Positions 14,081 to 27,857 of a stretch of DNA of 64,000 bases are shown here, piece by piece. The stretch covers positions 62,966 to 126,965 of the forward strand of contig NMRA01000120.1 of the NCBI GenBank assembly GCA_002633005.1, written 5' to 3'. Position numbers and translations under genes: made by a program. Position 1 is the first letter of the stretch; the number at the start of each line of letters is the position of its first letter. A model generated the notes under the pieces. It was not told the DNA's origin, did not search any database, and saw only the letters and a program-made list of their open reading frames with translations. The DNA comes from Phoronis australis. Taxonomy: Eukaryota; Animalia; Phoronida.

Positions 14081-16126
14081 TAACACTAAAGGGTTCAGTT
14101 AAAGAATCAAGTTTTGCAACAGCACTGGTCTCCACAGAAGGATTAGATGGTCTTTAAAGTGTTTGCTTTGCCAAGAGTACAATCCAAGGGTTGTTTATTG
14201 AATTTTGATATCTAAATAAGACACCAGTAGAGCTCAAAACACTACCAAAGGATTACTAATACCTTGTGTTATATTAATAGGAAAAAGTCATTGGCTCATA
14301 AGCTCCCAATGAATGGTTCCTTTTAACTGTGCTCTCTAAATACAATAGGAGCTATTTATCATGCTGACTCTCTGAAAGGATGGGCGACATGATTTTCCAG
14401 CCAGAGCACTATTCCCAGACCAGCTCAAAACCATGACATATTTAGGACAGGAACTTTTTTATTATAAAAACTGTTGGAAACAGGTGTGTATTCATCTCAT
14501 GTAATGCTTAAGTTCTTCCTACTTTTCACAGAGATGGTATGATGATGTACAGAGAATGAAAACCAAGGGTGACAGTCTTTGAGTTGAACAGTTTATTAAT
14601 GAGCGATTGTGTCAAGTGTTAATTGCAAATCAATGTATTGGTTCAGAAAGTCGAAGGAAAATATGCTCAAAAGATATCCTAGCTGTTAACAAATTAGCAG
14701 GAAACATAATCCATGTTTTGTATAGTTAAGGAAGAAACATAAGTTCAGTCTTCAATCACAAGTGATTAATGGAAAAACTTTACTGGTTTTATCTGGATCA
14801 CAAGTTTCAATTTCAACACATAGAAGCTCGAAAAAACACTTAACAACGGAGTAACACCGACACCTATTCACCTATCGCCATATCAAAATTTAATAGTCTT
14901 TGCAAGCATCCATGGAATTTTGAAAACATTTAATGTTAAATAGGGAGCCCACACACACCTAACCCTATTTATAAACATTCATTTGATGTTTGAGAGCAAC
15001 ATGGACCGGACCGTGCAATCAATGGAAATTTTAAAACTATAATTAAGCACTTTTGAACAAAGGCAAATAACAAAGTGTTCATTTCTTTTTCTGCATTCCC
15101 AGAAGGTAAAATAAAAGTGTATGCAAGTGGCTATTACTTGACTGCATTCCTTTCCCCTAGTCACAAACATGCTACCAGAGGCTAAGATAAGTCCCACTGG
15201 TATTATGGTTTGTTCTTAATATTGTGCAGCTCTATTAAACACCCACTGCAGGGTGTTAATCTGTTTCTAAACATTACATAACATGTCACATAAAGTACTT
15301 TTGTAGAATTACCAAAATCAGAGGATTCTGCACTACTTGAAATTTGAAGAAAGCTGTAAAAGCAAACAATTCTTGCAGCCAAACTGCAGAAGATTTATCC
15401 GCCTCTGAACTTCACAGATAGTTGCATTGTTGTAATGAAAAACACAACTTAACATAATGTATGCGAGATATTCATGTTCATTAGCATGACTCTGGACATA
15501 TCAGCCCAGAAGCAACCAATACAATGATGCTGGTTCCCTGAATACTCAGATGGCACATTTTAATACCTTGTAAGTAATTCTGAAATACATTTATCACTGA
15601 CAATTTGGGAACCGACACTGATTGAGGACAAGTTGGTTCCCCGAGCTCTTACCAGCTTACTCAATTTATGTTAATTGTTTTAATTAAAACAGCTTGTACT
15701 TCCCAACATCATACCACGCCACTGATCATTATGACATTAGTTGAAATAAAAGTGCACACCAATCCACTAGCAATATTAGAAAGACTGTTAGTACCTGAAG
15801 AAATGGCAGTCATTGTTGACTGACATACATGGAATACTATACTGTGACGCCATTTTGGAATTTACACCTGAGACGGGGCCACCTTGTTTTGTGTTTATCT
15901 CATTAGGCAGACTATACCTGATTTTTAAACAGTACTTAAGCAACAATGAGGTGGAAATGAAACACAATATCCAACCAAGACAAATAATTAGCAGTTGTTA
16001 GGAGTATACGTTTCAAATGTCACACCTGTGTTGGGTTGGGCACAACCACCGTGTTGAACACATAACAGTCAGGTCAGCTATAAATTACAACAATACATAA
16101 CAGAATTCACCACAAATCGTTTACTA

Positions 16127-16270
<144 letters not shown>

Positions 16271-19200
16271 TCACAGAGATCAACTACCTGTTTCAATCCA
16301 ACCATTCTAAGACCCCAACTGACACATCAACTACTTCCTTCGAATTTCTTTGAGTGGCTACCAATGGTCACACATCTTGAATTTTTATCCGGCACAAGCG
16401 ATAACCTACTCCTTGAGACAGCAATCGACGGTCTGTCAGTCGTCCAACCGTTGTTGGGAGACGTTGACAAATCTTTTGAACGTGCCTGAAGAAATCTCAA
16501 ATTACGACATAACGTAAGGTGTTCCGGTTTCATTCACACGGATCCCCAGTTTTCAAACAGAAAATTTGAAAAGTACTCTCAGGACAAGGTGACTCTCTTC
16601 GACATTCCCCCTTGCAGTTTTGGGTAGCCTAACACTAACAGTAACGTAAGCCTACTCGTGAGAACTCTTGAAAACGAAGGACAATGGTTTGTACGGTTAT
16701 CCCCCTTGAAACTACGAGGGGAGAAAACTCTTACTCTGACGCCCTCAACACCCACCCGTATCTCAACACAGCATACACATTTTCCAGTATTGCTGTGTTA
16801 TCGGTTTTATCAACTACACAAAATCGTAGGAAGCGAGGGTACTTCCCAACAATTATCAGGTGTCGTTGTAAAATGGTGGGTACTGGCAAAGATTTTATAG
16901 AGTATCTTTGGTACTGGCATCGGCGTTCGGCAGAGCGGCAGTCAAGAAAAGAAAGGCATGGCGAAATATGAAGAGAAAAAAAAATAAAACATGACACTAG
17001 CTAAACACCAATCTTTGGATTTACTCTTTCTGACCACGACGTTTTGTTATAGGTCTCCATTTTTTCGCAGTATAGATCGTCTAAACGTTCTTTAAAAATA
17101 TTTCTTAGTAAGAAATTCTTCGAAAACTACCGAGAAAAATCTCGTTATCCACGGACTTTCCAGAGCAATCTGATTCAGATATTCAAATTCAAGACTAAGG
17201 CAATTTTTAGGTAATGAAAAACTCCATTTCTCCAGAAACGCTTCTCTGGCGCTAAGGTAACTAGATTCATCACTCGCTCTCTTTTCCGCGTTTTTGGAAT
17301 TGCATATCACTTGAGGTAATCTGACGGATAGGTAGGCCATGGCTTGAATTGCACAGAGAAAATATTTCCGTTTACAACCATAAAAGTGTCTACACTTTTC
17401 CTCAAAGTATTCCAAAATAGTATTTCTTTTGAAGATTGTTACTAGGAAAGTATTGTTGATGAAGAGAGGGTTGTTCTTAGGAAACTCGCACGTGTCGATC
17501 AGACTGTCCGGGGTATCATTACTTGATCACCGTGCGCAGTACAGTGTGCAGGTTTAACTGATACGGAGCTCAAGTGTGACACTTGTTCATCAAACATTTC
17601 TGCGATTGTTGCAAATCAAGCATACATTCTGAAAAATTTTTGTAAAAGGGCCTCAAAATCCGTGTGGGATGGTCATCTGACATGCCCCACCCCCCCCCCC
17701 CTCCACCCGTGGCGTTACCCGTCAAGTATCTCGGAGCATACTTTAGGAAATTCCATTGCACAATTTTCGTCCAGTGAACGTAAACACATTGTAAGGGAAG
17801 TGCACAATGATCCTCAGACCGAACATTTGAGAAAAAGACATGTTGAATTTTAAAAGTTGCCCCAGTTTCACATGAATTTAACACCAAAACCTCAATAGTT
17901 AGGTAAATTTTCAACAGTAAACTCCAACCTGTGGGGACAATGATATATTGACAATGTACGCCCATGCGCCCGGACGTTTGTTTGGATTTGAATCTTGATT
18001 CCGCAGCAAGTTTTCTGAATGTAACTCCTTGCTTTGTGCGCAGAAAACCCCGTTACTGTGAAATACGGCCATTTGATAAAGTCAACTTAACCGCCTACAT
18101 TCAATTCAAAATTGACCGCGGTGTGGGCTTTTATTTTCTTATATTGTATTGCCGTGTGTCGGACTAACATGTCAAAATCATTTTCTTCTAGTCACTTGCA
18201 ATCTTTCATATTCTCTTATTTAAACGTTTATGTATTTATAAGAAAAAACAAATGATTCGTAGGCGTTTTTTGACAAATTAGATGGCAATCTTGTGAGAAA
18301 TTGAACTTTGGTGCAGGTCGACATCCGGCAAAATCATATAATCGACCTTCACACCCGATTTGAAATTGGTGTTCCGGTGAATTTGATGTAGGTTGGTAAA
18401 ACACTGCCAGTTCTATATCACTTAGCCCCGGGGGCGGAGGACCAGTCATAAGAAACTTGGGTACCTGTATTTTAACCTCTGAACCGCAACGTTTCAAAAT
18501 ATACATTGAAAGCATGAGCCTAATAATGTGAATGCTGACCTTGAGTCTCAATTGCACTTTCCGAAGCAGAGGAGATAAAAGTGTAACTGAAGTTTTCGAT
18601 ACTGCTCAATTCCGCGTATTTCTCCGGATTTCGCAGCTCACTTATGTTACTGTTGGACCCCCTAAGTGGTAACTTTGATAGTACATTTTTGGCATCCTAA
18701 TAAAGTGGACTTCATAAAAATATCTCTGAAGGCAAAAATCATATTCTAAACGCTTAAAGCAAGTACCGTGTTCAGCTCAGGACTAAATAGCGATTTTTTT
18801 CGTGAATTTCTTTGAAGCGCGCGTACCATAAGTTCTTAATAGCTATCTCCCCGGGGATTGACCTCCAAACAACAAAATTATCACGGCGTCTATGGGAAAT
18901 CGTGAAATTGACGACACTGAACCAGGGGCCGAACTGATGGCGATAGGGAGGAGTTTGAAGATCACTTGGCGGGAACAAAACTTTAGTCGAATTACTTGGT
19001 CTAATTAGATGCTTTTTCGGAAAATTTCTAAAAGAGTCTCTGGCATTGGCGCTCTGCGGGGGTGTTTTTTTCCGATGCCTGAGAACCAGTAACTTGACTC
19101 TCCGATGACTACTTGTGAGAGCATGAAGTTGAGGCAGAGTCGAGATGCCATGTGTGAGCACGACTTTCCTCAACAGACAGACAACTACAATAGTGGTTCT

Positions 19201-20225
19201 ACCATTAAGTGGTGACAAAACTTCTGGGTTACCACCTGGGTGAATGCGTGAACTGAGAGGGGGCAGAAAGTGGCGACTACTGAGGAAGGTCGATATTAGT
19301 TGTCTCCGAGGGGTGGGGGTACACTCGCATTTTCTTCGCCCCATCCTCGTATGTCCTCTTTTTGAGTGGCAGGCCTAACTCTAGCTCTTGGCTCTCATGA
19401 GGCGCCGGGGGCACGTGCCCTTTAATTGCCCTCAGTACTGGTGCAGCTGATGAAGAGGCGGTCGGTAGAGGTGGCTTTTTTGAACTTACGGGCCGGGGTT
19501 CTTTATTGGCTGATGCTTTCGGAAATCCCCGATTGTATCTGCATCACACTTCTGATAATAAGACAAAACCACCACGCTAGACAATGTTTTACTAATATAA
19601 GAGCGTGTTAATGTCTACTTCTGAGGCCTGGCGTGTAAATAACATTATCGTGTGCAGAGATATCGGACATCCAAAACCAAGTTACCTGGGCTCAGGCAAA
19701 CGCAAAAAGTGATTCTCAAGAAATTGGAAATGAACAAAACTGCTTGCGCGCGCCGAACTTGAGAATCTTGCTTAATCTTTTTAATTTTAAAAGATTGCGT
19801 ATGCCATGGAATACAGGACGAAACTTGATAATTTCACTCAAATAATCATGTTCACGTTGATGAAAAATTGCACAGCACTAAATCAAATTACAATTTAATA
19901 AAATAAAGTAAATTTTAGCCAATCTTTTTTCAACTAATGGCGATCTTATTCACCAAACAATACGATTTAACTATTCACACATTCCTCCGAATCTTTGACA
20001 CAAGTTACGCTAAAGGCTAACTGGGTCGTCATGAGTCCATGAGGCCAGTAACTACAAAAATTCTTTTCACTGAACAAAAAATTTCACCTGATTGCCTTAA
20101 ATGAATATTACAAATCCAAGTTCACGCACAGCAAAACAACTGCAATAGCACAGGTGGCGCTGGGTACAGAACGGAACATCCACTATGACCTATATATTTA
20201 TCTCATTGAGGGCATCACGCAACAG

Positions 20226-20493
20226 ATGTCGCTCTTACCTGTCCTCGAGGAAGCGATGGAGTTGGATGGTGATTGTGATTTACGCGACCAAACCGCGGAA
20301 GAAGACTTGATACGATACGCAAAAGAGGGCAATACTTGTGATGCGAAAAAACTCCTTGAACGTGGCGTGTCTGTGGATGCTAAATCTTATAACAAAAATC
20401 TATTTTATGCTTCTAAAAACTATCTGACTCCTCTTCAATGGTCCTCGCGTCGTGGCCATGTGGAATGCGTTAAATTATTCATTGAGTGGGGAG
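20226..20493 (+). CDS. Ankyrin repeat and SOCS box (ASB-like) protein, exon 1
   Basis: MSLLPVLEEAMEL...LIRYAKEGNTCDAKKLLERGVSVD...LTPLQWSSRRGHVECVKLFIEWG|gtaggc; phase-1 donor. The start could instead be the second Met (20256). Confidence 0.85.
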
Positions 20494-21535
20494 GTAGGCT
20501 TGACGTCTTTTCTAAAGTTTTACTGCTCTTGGCGATGGGAGGACTATAACTTTGTGTTTGAGGGTGACGGGCACAAACCTGTGTTCCCTGTTAGACCATA
20601 GCAATCTTGCGTTGAGGTGTGCCGGAGCTGCAATTGGACTGGTGGTGGTGCCCCAAACCATCGTATGGCGGCGATTTGCGAAAAAACCCAATGCTAATGG
20701 CAATGCAAACATAGATTAAGTCCCCATGGGAGCTCTTTCTGAACCGAAGACTGAAAATACTTCCTATTAGGGGATTTGTTGCACAGAATGGCTAGCCACT
20801 AGGGGCACGAAAAATTCCCTGCAAGCGTATCCCTACCTAAGCTGAGAATTGACAAGGAACTCCCGGACCGGCACACTTCTCATTCCTCAGTTTGCAGCTG
20901 CTGGTATATGATTGACATTAATCAGTCTATTGTGCTGTGAGCAGGGATGAATTAACAAAATCAGAATATTGGTTAGGAATGACTGTCTACACAATAGGTC
21001 TGAGCTGTTTTTGTGGCCTCAAATTGGGAGTAGTTATATGTTTACTCAAGAAAAGGATAACATCAGTTAGTCAAACTGTTCCATTGAAGATACTGGCAAT
21101 TTCAGAGGCAAGCCACCCAGTCAACTTTCCTGAAACCAGTTGGGAGGTCTGTCATCAAGGTGTTATTTTCATGATGAGTTTTAACCTTTAGTCATTGACT
21201 CAAATTTGTGATGTAACACCATAACAGTAAAATAACACATATTTTCAGAACAACGCCATTTGTGTTGTCATTTTTGTCATGTCTCAAAGATAGAAGTGTG
21301 TTTATGTCAAAGCAGTAGTGCTCAAAGCCTAGGGAGGCGATTTAATGAGAAATTGGATGTACGTGCCGACTGGGGTTACTTTTCATCTCTAACCTGCACT
21401 AATGTTGTTGACGAATATTAAGCTTTCTGATGGTTCTCGGATTTTGCCTTCCTTTAGCTGAAGATCTTCTGTCAGGCATGATCTCTAGCCAACCCCACAG
21501 TTTTGTAGTCAAATCCACGTCCTGGTATGAAAACG

Positions 21536-21720
21536 TTTTTGTGTCCCCAGCCAAGCTTATTTTTTATGTCCCTACCTAGTTCTACCTGGCTTTCCATGCT
21601 TATTTTTTGTGTCCCTACTTAGCTCTACCTGGCTTGCTGGCAAGAGACATTTTTCGTGTCCCTGTCCAACTCAGGCTTGTGGGCATGAAACATTTTTTGT
21701 TCCCCTTGCCTCAGCTTTTA
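21536..21720 (+). repeat. Degenerate tandem repeat, ~40-49-bp unit, about 4 copies
   Basis: Recurrent tttttt(g/a)tgtccct...ct(a)cctggctt motif. Confidence 0.6.
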
Positions 21721-22066
21721 TGACACAAGTCAAAGGTATAGAAAATGTATTCTTCTTGGTCTTTGGGGCAGTAATGTAGAAAAACGCCAAGTGGCTTGGA
21801 GCTATAACCACATACAGGGTTAAGCTGCCACTGGCTGAAATGCTTAATGATGGTTTTTATTTGACTACAGAAGAACGAGAGAACTTTATAATGTAGTCAC
21901 AAAAGAGTATGGTTTTTATTAATTTGAATTTTTGTCATTCAATGTTATTAATTAAGAGCTATCCAAAACTGGCACTGTCAATAAATGTTTCAGTCTTCAC
22001 AACTTCGAGTGTGTTTTCTGAAGCTTCTTCATCTACTCTTTGAGTACTGAAGTAGTGGTAGACTAA

Positions 22067-22479
22067 AGTGCCGTTTACACTTACAAAGTTGACACGGATC
22101 AGCCGACACGGAACAAGTTGTTCCAGTGTGTAAACGGACTGACACGGAGCAAATTGACACCGCGGTGACAAATTTTTGCCACCTGTTTGTGAGGTAGAGC
22201 AATTTGCGCCCGAACATGTTGTGCCGTGTCAATTATAAGTCTAAACGCGAAACTGGAGCAAGGCGGAAAGGATCATGGCTACTGCGCTTGTGCAATGACC
22301 TACGTACGGGTTCTTTATCTCTGCAACTCTTGTCATTTGTAAACCTGCGCATGTGCGATCCAGTCTATCCAGCCTGCAATTTCCGTCTTGCCACGGTTAG
22401 TGAGTTGTGTGTAAACGGCCGCTTGACACGGGTCAGTTTGCTCCGTGTCAGTTGCAAAAGTTGATGTCTAAACGGGACT
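22067..22479. mobile_element. PIF/Harbinger-like MITE, family C (413 bp)
   Basis: TIR agtgccgtttacac / gtctaaacgggact; TSD TAA on both sides (22064-66, 22480-82); internal inverted gacacggagcaaa/tttgctccgtgtc subrepeats. Confidence 0.85.
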
Positions 22480-22992
22480 TAATGTGGCTACACTGATCTC
22501 TGACTTGACAACTAATTATATATTTAGTAGAGGAACTGGTTTTCTTTGCTATTCAGAATCTGGTGTCGTCGTATCTGACAGAGTGTATGATTGAAATTCT
22601 AATACAGTTAACAGTCTTCAGTCAATGCAAAATTGAATTCACTTGGTTCTAAAGATTTCCATAATCTGAGCAAGTTTGGCATGTATCATATTTCTCAAAT
22701 ATCAGATAATGTGCTTTGTATCAAGAATCTAAAAATGGAGTTGGTAGTTCTTAAAATTGAGGGAAATGGCCACCTACGCAATGTTCTGCAGTGTGAAACA
22801 TCGAAGCGAATGATCATTTGTCATTGTTTGATTATAAATGTTGAATTTTGGATGACCAATATTGCACACCATATTTCTAAAATTTGACTGGTTCTGATTT
22901 TAAGCAAAATGATTTATTCAAACTGTATCAAACAGGATAATTTTTGCAAAAATAGTAATATCTGACGCTTTGGTAACTTTTGTTTTTTTCAG

Positions 22993-23139
22993 CTAATGTC
23001 AACAGTAGAGACAGGTTTGATGTGACGTCAGTCCACCTAGTGGCAGAGTGTGGCAGCTTTGACTGTCTTTCAGCGCTACTCGATGCTGGGGCTGACTGTA
23101 ATGTACCGACAAAGTACTCCAAATATGGATTTTATACAG
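22993..23139 (+). CDS. ASB-like protein, exon 2
   Basis: ttttcag|(A)NVNSRDRFDVTSVHLVAECGSFDCLSALLDAGADCNVPTKYSKYGFYT|gtttgt; 147 nt, phase 1/1; ankyrin repeat. Not in the ORF track on this strand. Confidence 0.9.
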
Positions 23140-23749
23140 GTTTGTGATAGTCGCCATACAATAAATGTATTACACAAATTATGAAATTGAATTTAAAGTT
23201 TTCGTGAATTGATTTTTTCACATACAAATCTCCTTACCATGTATGCAGTCGCCATTTTTAAAGTGAGCTTCTTTTTAGGTTTTAAAAACAATGCTTTCGG
23301 CGCTTAATCCCAGGGCAAAGTGTGATTTTTTTGCATGCCTTCTTAATATTAAATAATTTATGTCTTAAATGCATTGTTTTTTAAACGTAAGAAGAGACTC
23401 ACTTTTAAGATGGTGACTGCTTGAATAAGGTCTATAGGCTGTCTAAGGACAGGAATTCTGTTCATATGTACGTAGACTACTAATTAATTTTGATTTCTTG
23501 AAATGTACAGTTTATGTTTTTGTTTCTTGGGATTTTTTTGAAACAGAGCAGAAAATACTCGATACTTTTTAAGTAAAACTGTTTGGGTTAACTATTTCTA
23601 TATAATCGCTGTCTTATTCAGTTTTCAGGAGACATTCATAGACATGAACATGCCTAACACATGCCTAGCTTCTTTTTCGAGCCTGTATTACACTGGCCAC
23701 CCTTTAAAGGCAGGGCATTTATTAAAGAAGAACTGGTATCCTATTGCAG

Positions 23750-23977
23750 CCTATCCGCATGCTGGTGGAACCACGGCCCTGCACCTGGCTGCCAAAAATA
23801 ATCACATAGACTGCGTGAAGGAGTTAATTATTAATGGTGCCGATTACAATGCAGTTGATGAGCACGGCCGAACGAGCCTGTACATCGCTGCGGAGATGGG
23901 CCATGAGGAGTGTCTGATAACTCAGTTACAGAATGCCATCGGTCGGGACATACTGTCATTACCAATCAAAGACACAG
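23750..23977 (+). CDS. ASB-like protein, exon 3
   Basis: ttgcag|(A)YPHAGGTTALHLAAKNNHIDCVKELIINGADYNAVDEHGRTSLYIAAEMGHEEC...IKDT|gtaaca; 228 nt, phase 1/1. Confidence 0.92.
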
Positions 23978-25605
23978 GTAACAAACCCGTTGCTATGGTA
24001 ATTCATAACCTTTCAGTGAATTCAGGACACCATATGACAGAGATGTGCAATTTTATTTAGTCAAATTTCTTACCAAAAATTTACTGTTAAGAAAATTATA
24101 CTTTCATTCTTTTTGCATACTTGTTGTTTGAACTGCAACATTTTATAAATGTTTTCATTATTTGTAACTCAGGAGTCGACTATAGCAAAAACAGAAAATA
24201 TAGAATTTTAATTCACAATTAGTTTTGTGTTAAATAATTGTAGAAGGTAGTACTGTATAAACTTCTCATACGAAGATATTGTCATTCAAAGATTTTGTCT
24301 TATGACTTTTTATGCCTCAATTTGGGTGCGGAATACAAGCCTCATTCACATCTGAAATTCTCATCAGATCCAAAAATTCCCCTCCAATGATTAAAAAAAA
24401 TCCTCTCAAGGTTATGATCACTTTTAAATCGCATAGACCCTAGGATTCAGGAAATCTTCACATCATAGTCGGTCCTTTTCATTGTTTACAACATTGATGG
24501 GGAGTATAGAAACTGAATTTAGTTGATTAGAAATGTGGGGATGATCATATAGTATTGAGCAAAGAAAGTTATTCATGAGAGTCCCTGATACCCCTTCTAC
24601 TTAGGCTAGTCCAATGGAAAGAAAAGCCACATTGCCTGGTATGTGGCCTACTCTTAGTAGTGTGGAAGGAGATCTTTGATGTAAACACTATACATTGGTT
24701 TTAGCTACTTGAGGCTATGCTGGGAGGAGGGTGAAATTGGCAGTGACCCGTTTGGGGAGAGGCATGATTTTCCCCTCACTCAAACAAAATATCTCAGAAA
24801 CCACAGACACTGTTCCCTCAGATGACCGAGGAGCTAAGGACCCTGAGTGTATTTATGATAGATGCGGTCTTAATGCTTGGTTTTACTCTTGAAACGTCAT
24901 CAGAACCAAATCATAGACCACCACTGATTCACATCAAAACCTCGTAACAGTGCAAGTTGAAATGAAGCAAAAGAGAAAGACGATGTTTATGCATGCGTAA
25001 GGGCAGGAGCACATCGACAAATCTTCAAGTTCGGCCCAGACTCCACCATACTTACGCCATTATGGTTTACTTCATCTCGACTCTGGATCCATGTTTTGTT
25101 GTAATCTCTGGTGGTATATAATCTGTTGCTGTTGATTTTATTGTCGAAGCATAAAATCAAGTGCTTCGACTGCATGTTCCTGTAAATATATATTTTATGC
25201 AATGTTGCTTGTTACCCATTTCTGTTATTTCTCACATGAACTGGAATGTGTTACGACACAACTGGTTAATAACACCGAGTATGTCATTTTTTGTTATTAC
25301 ATGGGCAAATCACAAAGTAGTGTGAAGTAGAAATCCTTACTTTTTATCGTCGGCAAGCCTCGGGATTTTGACGAAATTTCCAGGAGGTTTTGCCCTTGTC
25401 ATAAACCTTAGACGAGTGTAATATTCTCTATATACGTCCTCTTATTCTGGCAAAAAGCAAACTGTTCTCTATGTCAGATGTTCTATTCAGCCGTGTATTA
25501 AGTTCTACTAATAGAGTGCGCACCAAAAATAATTGAACTAGCAGAATTTTATGTCATGACAGCTGAATGCATGCTGAATTCCCCGTCACGACGCCCGAGT
25601 ACTAA

Positions 25606-25707
25606 TGTTGTGACATGGGACTTCCGGGAGCGACGTAGAACTGTAGAAAGCCTCTCATAATCGCTTATCAAGTGGCAATTGCCTCAGTGCCAGCAGATTT
25701 TTCTTCA
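25606..25707 (+). mobile_element. Solo LTR of the tRNA-containing TRIM family, tRNA part deleted
   Basis: Starts TGTTGTGAC and ends TTCA; shares aatcgctt.tcaagtggcaattgcctc with the LTRs at 40365-40830; flanks CTAA/CTAG form an imperfect 4-bp TSD. Confidence 0.7.
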
Positions 25708-25830
25708 CTAGCGGAATTCCCACCACTGATTATTAGCCATCTTAATGAAGGAAACGGAACTTTACCCAATTATTTTTGTAGTTAATAAGTATAAAATTCT
25801 TGCATGTTGTTCATGGTGTTTTTTCCCCAG

Positions 25831-26046
25831 GTGACACACCTCTGCATCAGTGTGTGTGTAAGGGGATGCTGTTAGGTGTTAAAGAGCTGTTGAAGCATGG
25901 CTCAGACGTCAACTTGTGGAGCAAGAAGACAGGACAGTCACCCCTCCACCTGGCCTTATACAGGCGCGAGAAGAACTGCTTCGATATCGTCCAGGAACTA
26001 GTGCTTCATGGGTACAATACAGACGTGAATTCACCTGACAGAAACG
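25831..26046 (+). CDS. ASB-like protein, exon 4
   Basis: ccccag|(G)DTPLHQCVCKGMLLGVKELLKHGSDVN...GQSPLHLAL...DVNSPDRN|gtgcgt; 216 nt, phase 1/1. Confidence 0.92.
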
Positions 26047-26391
26047 GTGCGTATACAACATGTGGGTATATTTAGGACCACATGCGTGTTCCAGAAATGC
26101 ATTTATCCAGAGGAATTTTTGCTCAAGTTTTTGCACATGTTTGCATGCACTTAACTGTCATTAATGGGCACAGACAACTACCTTACGTTTATGTGCAGAC
26201 CTTACAATGGCAGCTTTTGAATTTTTTGTCCATTTTAAAGCACGTTTACTCCTTACTGAAAGTTAACGGGGCTATGAACTCGCGTTCCGTTGAAGAAACT
26301 CACTTCAGATTTAGACTAGTTACTGCTATGGATGGGAAGCACTTTTTGCTCTTGATCGAGACCATGCTGGGAAAATAAACTAACATGCCAG

Positions 26392-26642
26392 CTTGTAGAG
26401 CCTGGTCTCAACCGGTAACACTTGTAGAGCCTGGTCTCAACCTTTAACACTTGTAGAGCCCCGTCTCAACCACACTTGTAGAGCCCTGTCTCAGCCTTTA
26501 ACACTTGTAGAGCCTGGTCTCAACCTTTAACACTTGTAGAGCCCCGTCTCAACCACACTTGTAGAGCCCTGTCTCAACCTTTAACACTTGTAGAGCCTGG
26601 TCTCAACCTTTAACACTTGTAGAGCCTCATCTCAACCAGTAA
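26392..26642 (+). repeat. Minisatellite, 9 units of 29/25 bp with an 83-bp higher-order repeat
   Basis: Unit cttgtagagcctggtctcaacctttaaca; units start at 26392, 26421, 26450, 26475, 26504, 26533, 26558, 26587 and 26616. Confidence 0.95.
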
Positions 26643-27857
26643 TGAACTGTCAGAGTTCTTTTCAAATCCCGAAATCAATTTCATAACGGTAAGTGGTCTA
26701 AATTAAAACTTTCTTTTTGTGGTGGAAGGGGGAGAGGGGGGGTTGTAGCTGCTTTATTATAAAACAAAAGTGACTGAGTTTGCTTAAGAGACGTGATCAC
26801 CGTTAGTTTTAAGTTTTTAGTGTGGGTAATTCTCCACTTTCTTCGTGCAAAGTAAACCATTTTCTCTGGAAAGCCACTTTGTGCAAAGTGAAATGAATAC
26901 CCTTACTTAGCAGTAAATTTTAATATGTACGGATTTCGCTCGAGTAATCTTTAACAAAGTAAAAGTTTCCAGAACACCCAAGTTGTGCATTTGTTGAACC
27001 CGTGCAAGATACCACCCCATTTGAAAATGATTTTCAGCTAGAAGCAAGGTCAGACTTACGGGCTTCTGTGTGCTCATACTTCAAAAATTATTATGCGCAT
27101 GAAAGCAAGTCCAGGTGTTTGTTAGATGATAGCATTTTTTCTCAAAAATCATAGTTTTCCACTAACATGAAGTTCTTAAAATGAAACTTGCATATTCTGT
27201 TTCTTTGTTCTATTTTATTCAAAATCCCGTCTGGGAATTTCTGTGTCGGAGAATTTCTTTTAGGCCTTTTATTAGTGTGAGAGATTGTCAAAAATCAAGG
27301 AACGTTGACATTTTCATTTTTGACGGCTGCAGAATTCCCAGGCTAAAAGGCCTTAAAAGAAAATCCCAGACAAGCTTTTGTAGCTTATAGAGAAATTCAC
27401 TTTGTTGAAATTATGGCGATCTCCGTCTCGATTACGAACATCTGGGAATTGTGTTTGAGCTTAGTAAGACTAGTGATCATCAAGGATTTTTAAAGTATAT
27501 AGTTTTATGATTCTACTTTTAATACTTAGTTAAAGTTATTCAAGAAATTCAGTCACCGATAACAAAGGTACCCTATTTCCTCAAACCCATGCAGCGCCAT
27601 CTTTGAAAAACATTCTTCTTTTTTATTCATGTATTGGGGTGGAAGTGGAACACTTTGTTTTGTTTTTTATTTGAGTTAGTGTTCTTAATTATACAAGTTT
27701 TGCTTCAACGGAAAGATTCACTATCACTAACTCATTTATTTCTGTTTGAAGTTTGTGATTTTGCCTTGATTTAATACATGGGACTTTAAAACTTTAAAGA
27801 TTTTTGCAAATAAATACAATATCACTTCTTATTGATCTAATCTTTTATCATTTATAG

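Noticed and set aside
18772-19344. Longest ORF in the track (190 aa, minus)
   Set aside because: No recognisable domain or splice context; it lies in repeat-like intergenic DNA between divergent genes.
21325-21520. Possible ncRNA or SINE domain in ASB intron 1
   Set aside because: It looks repeat-like, but I found no second copy, termini or recognisable RNA motif in this window.
26392-26642. CRISPR-like array of 29-bp repeats
   Set aside because: The units are head-to-tail with no unique spacers, there are no cas genes, and the array lies in a eukaryotic intron; it is a minisatellite.
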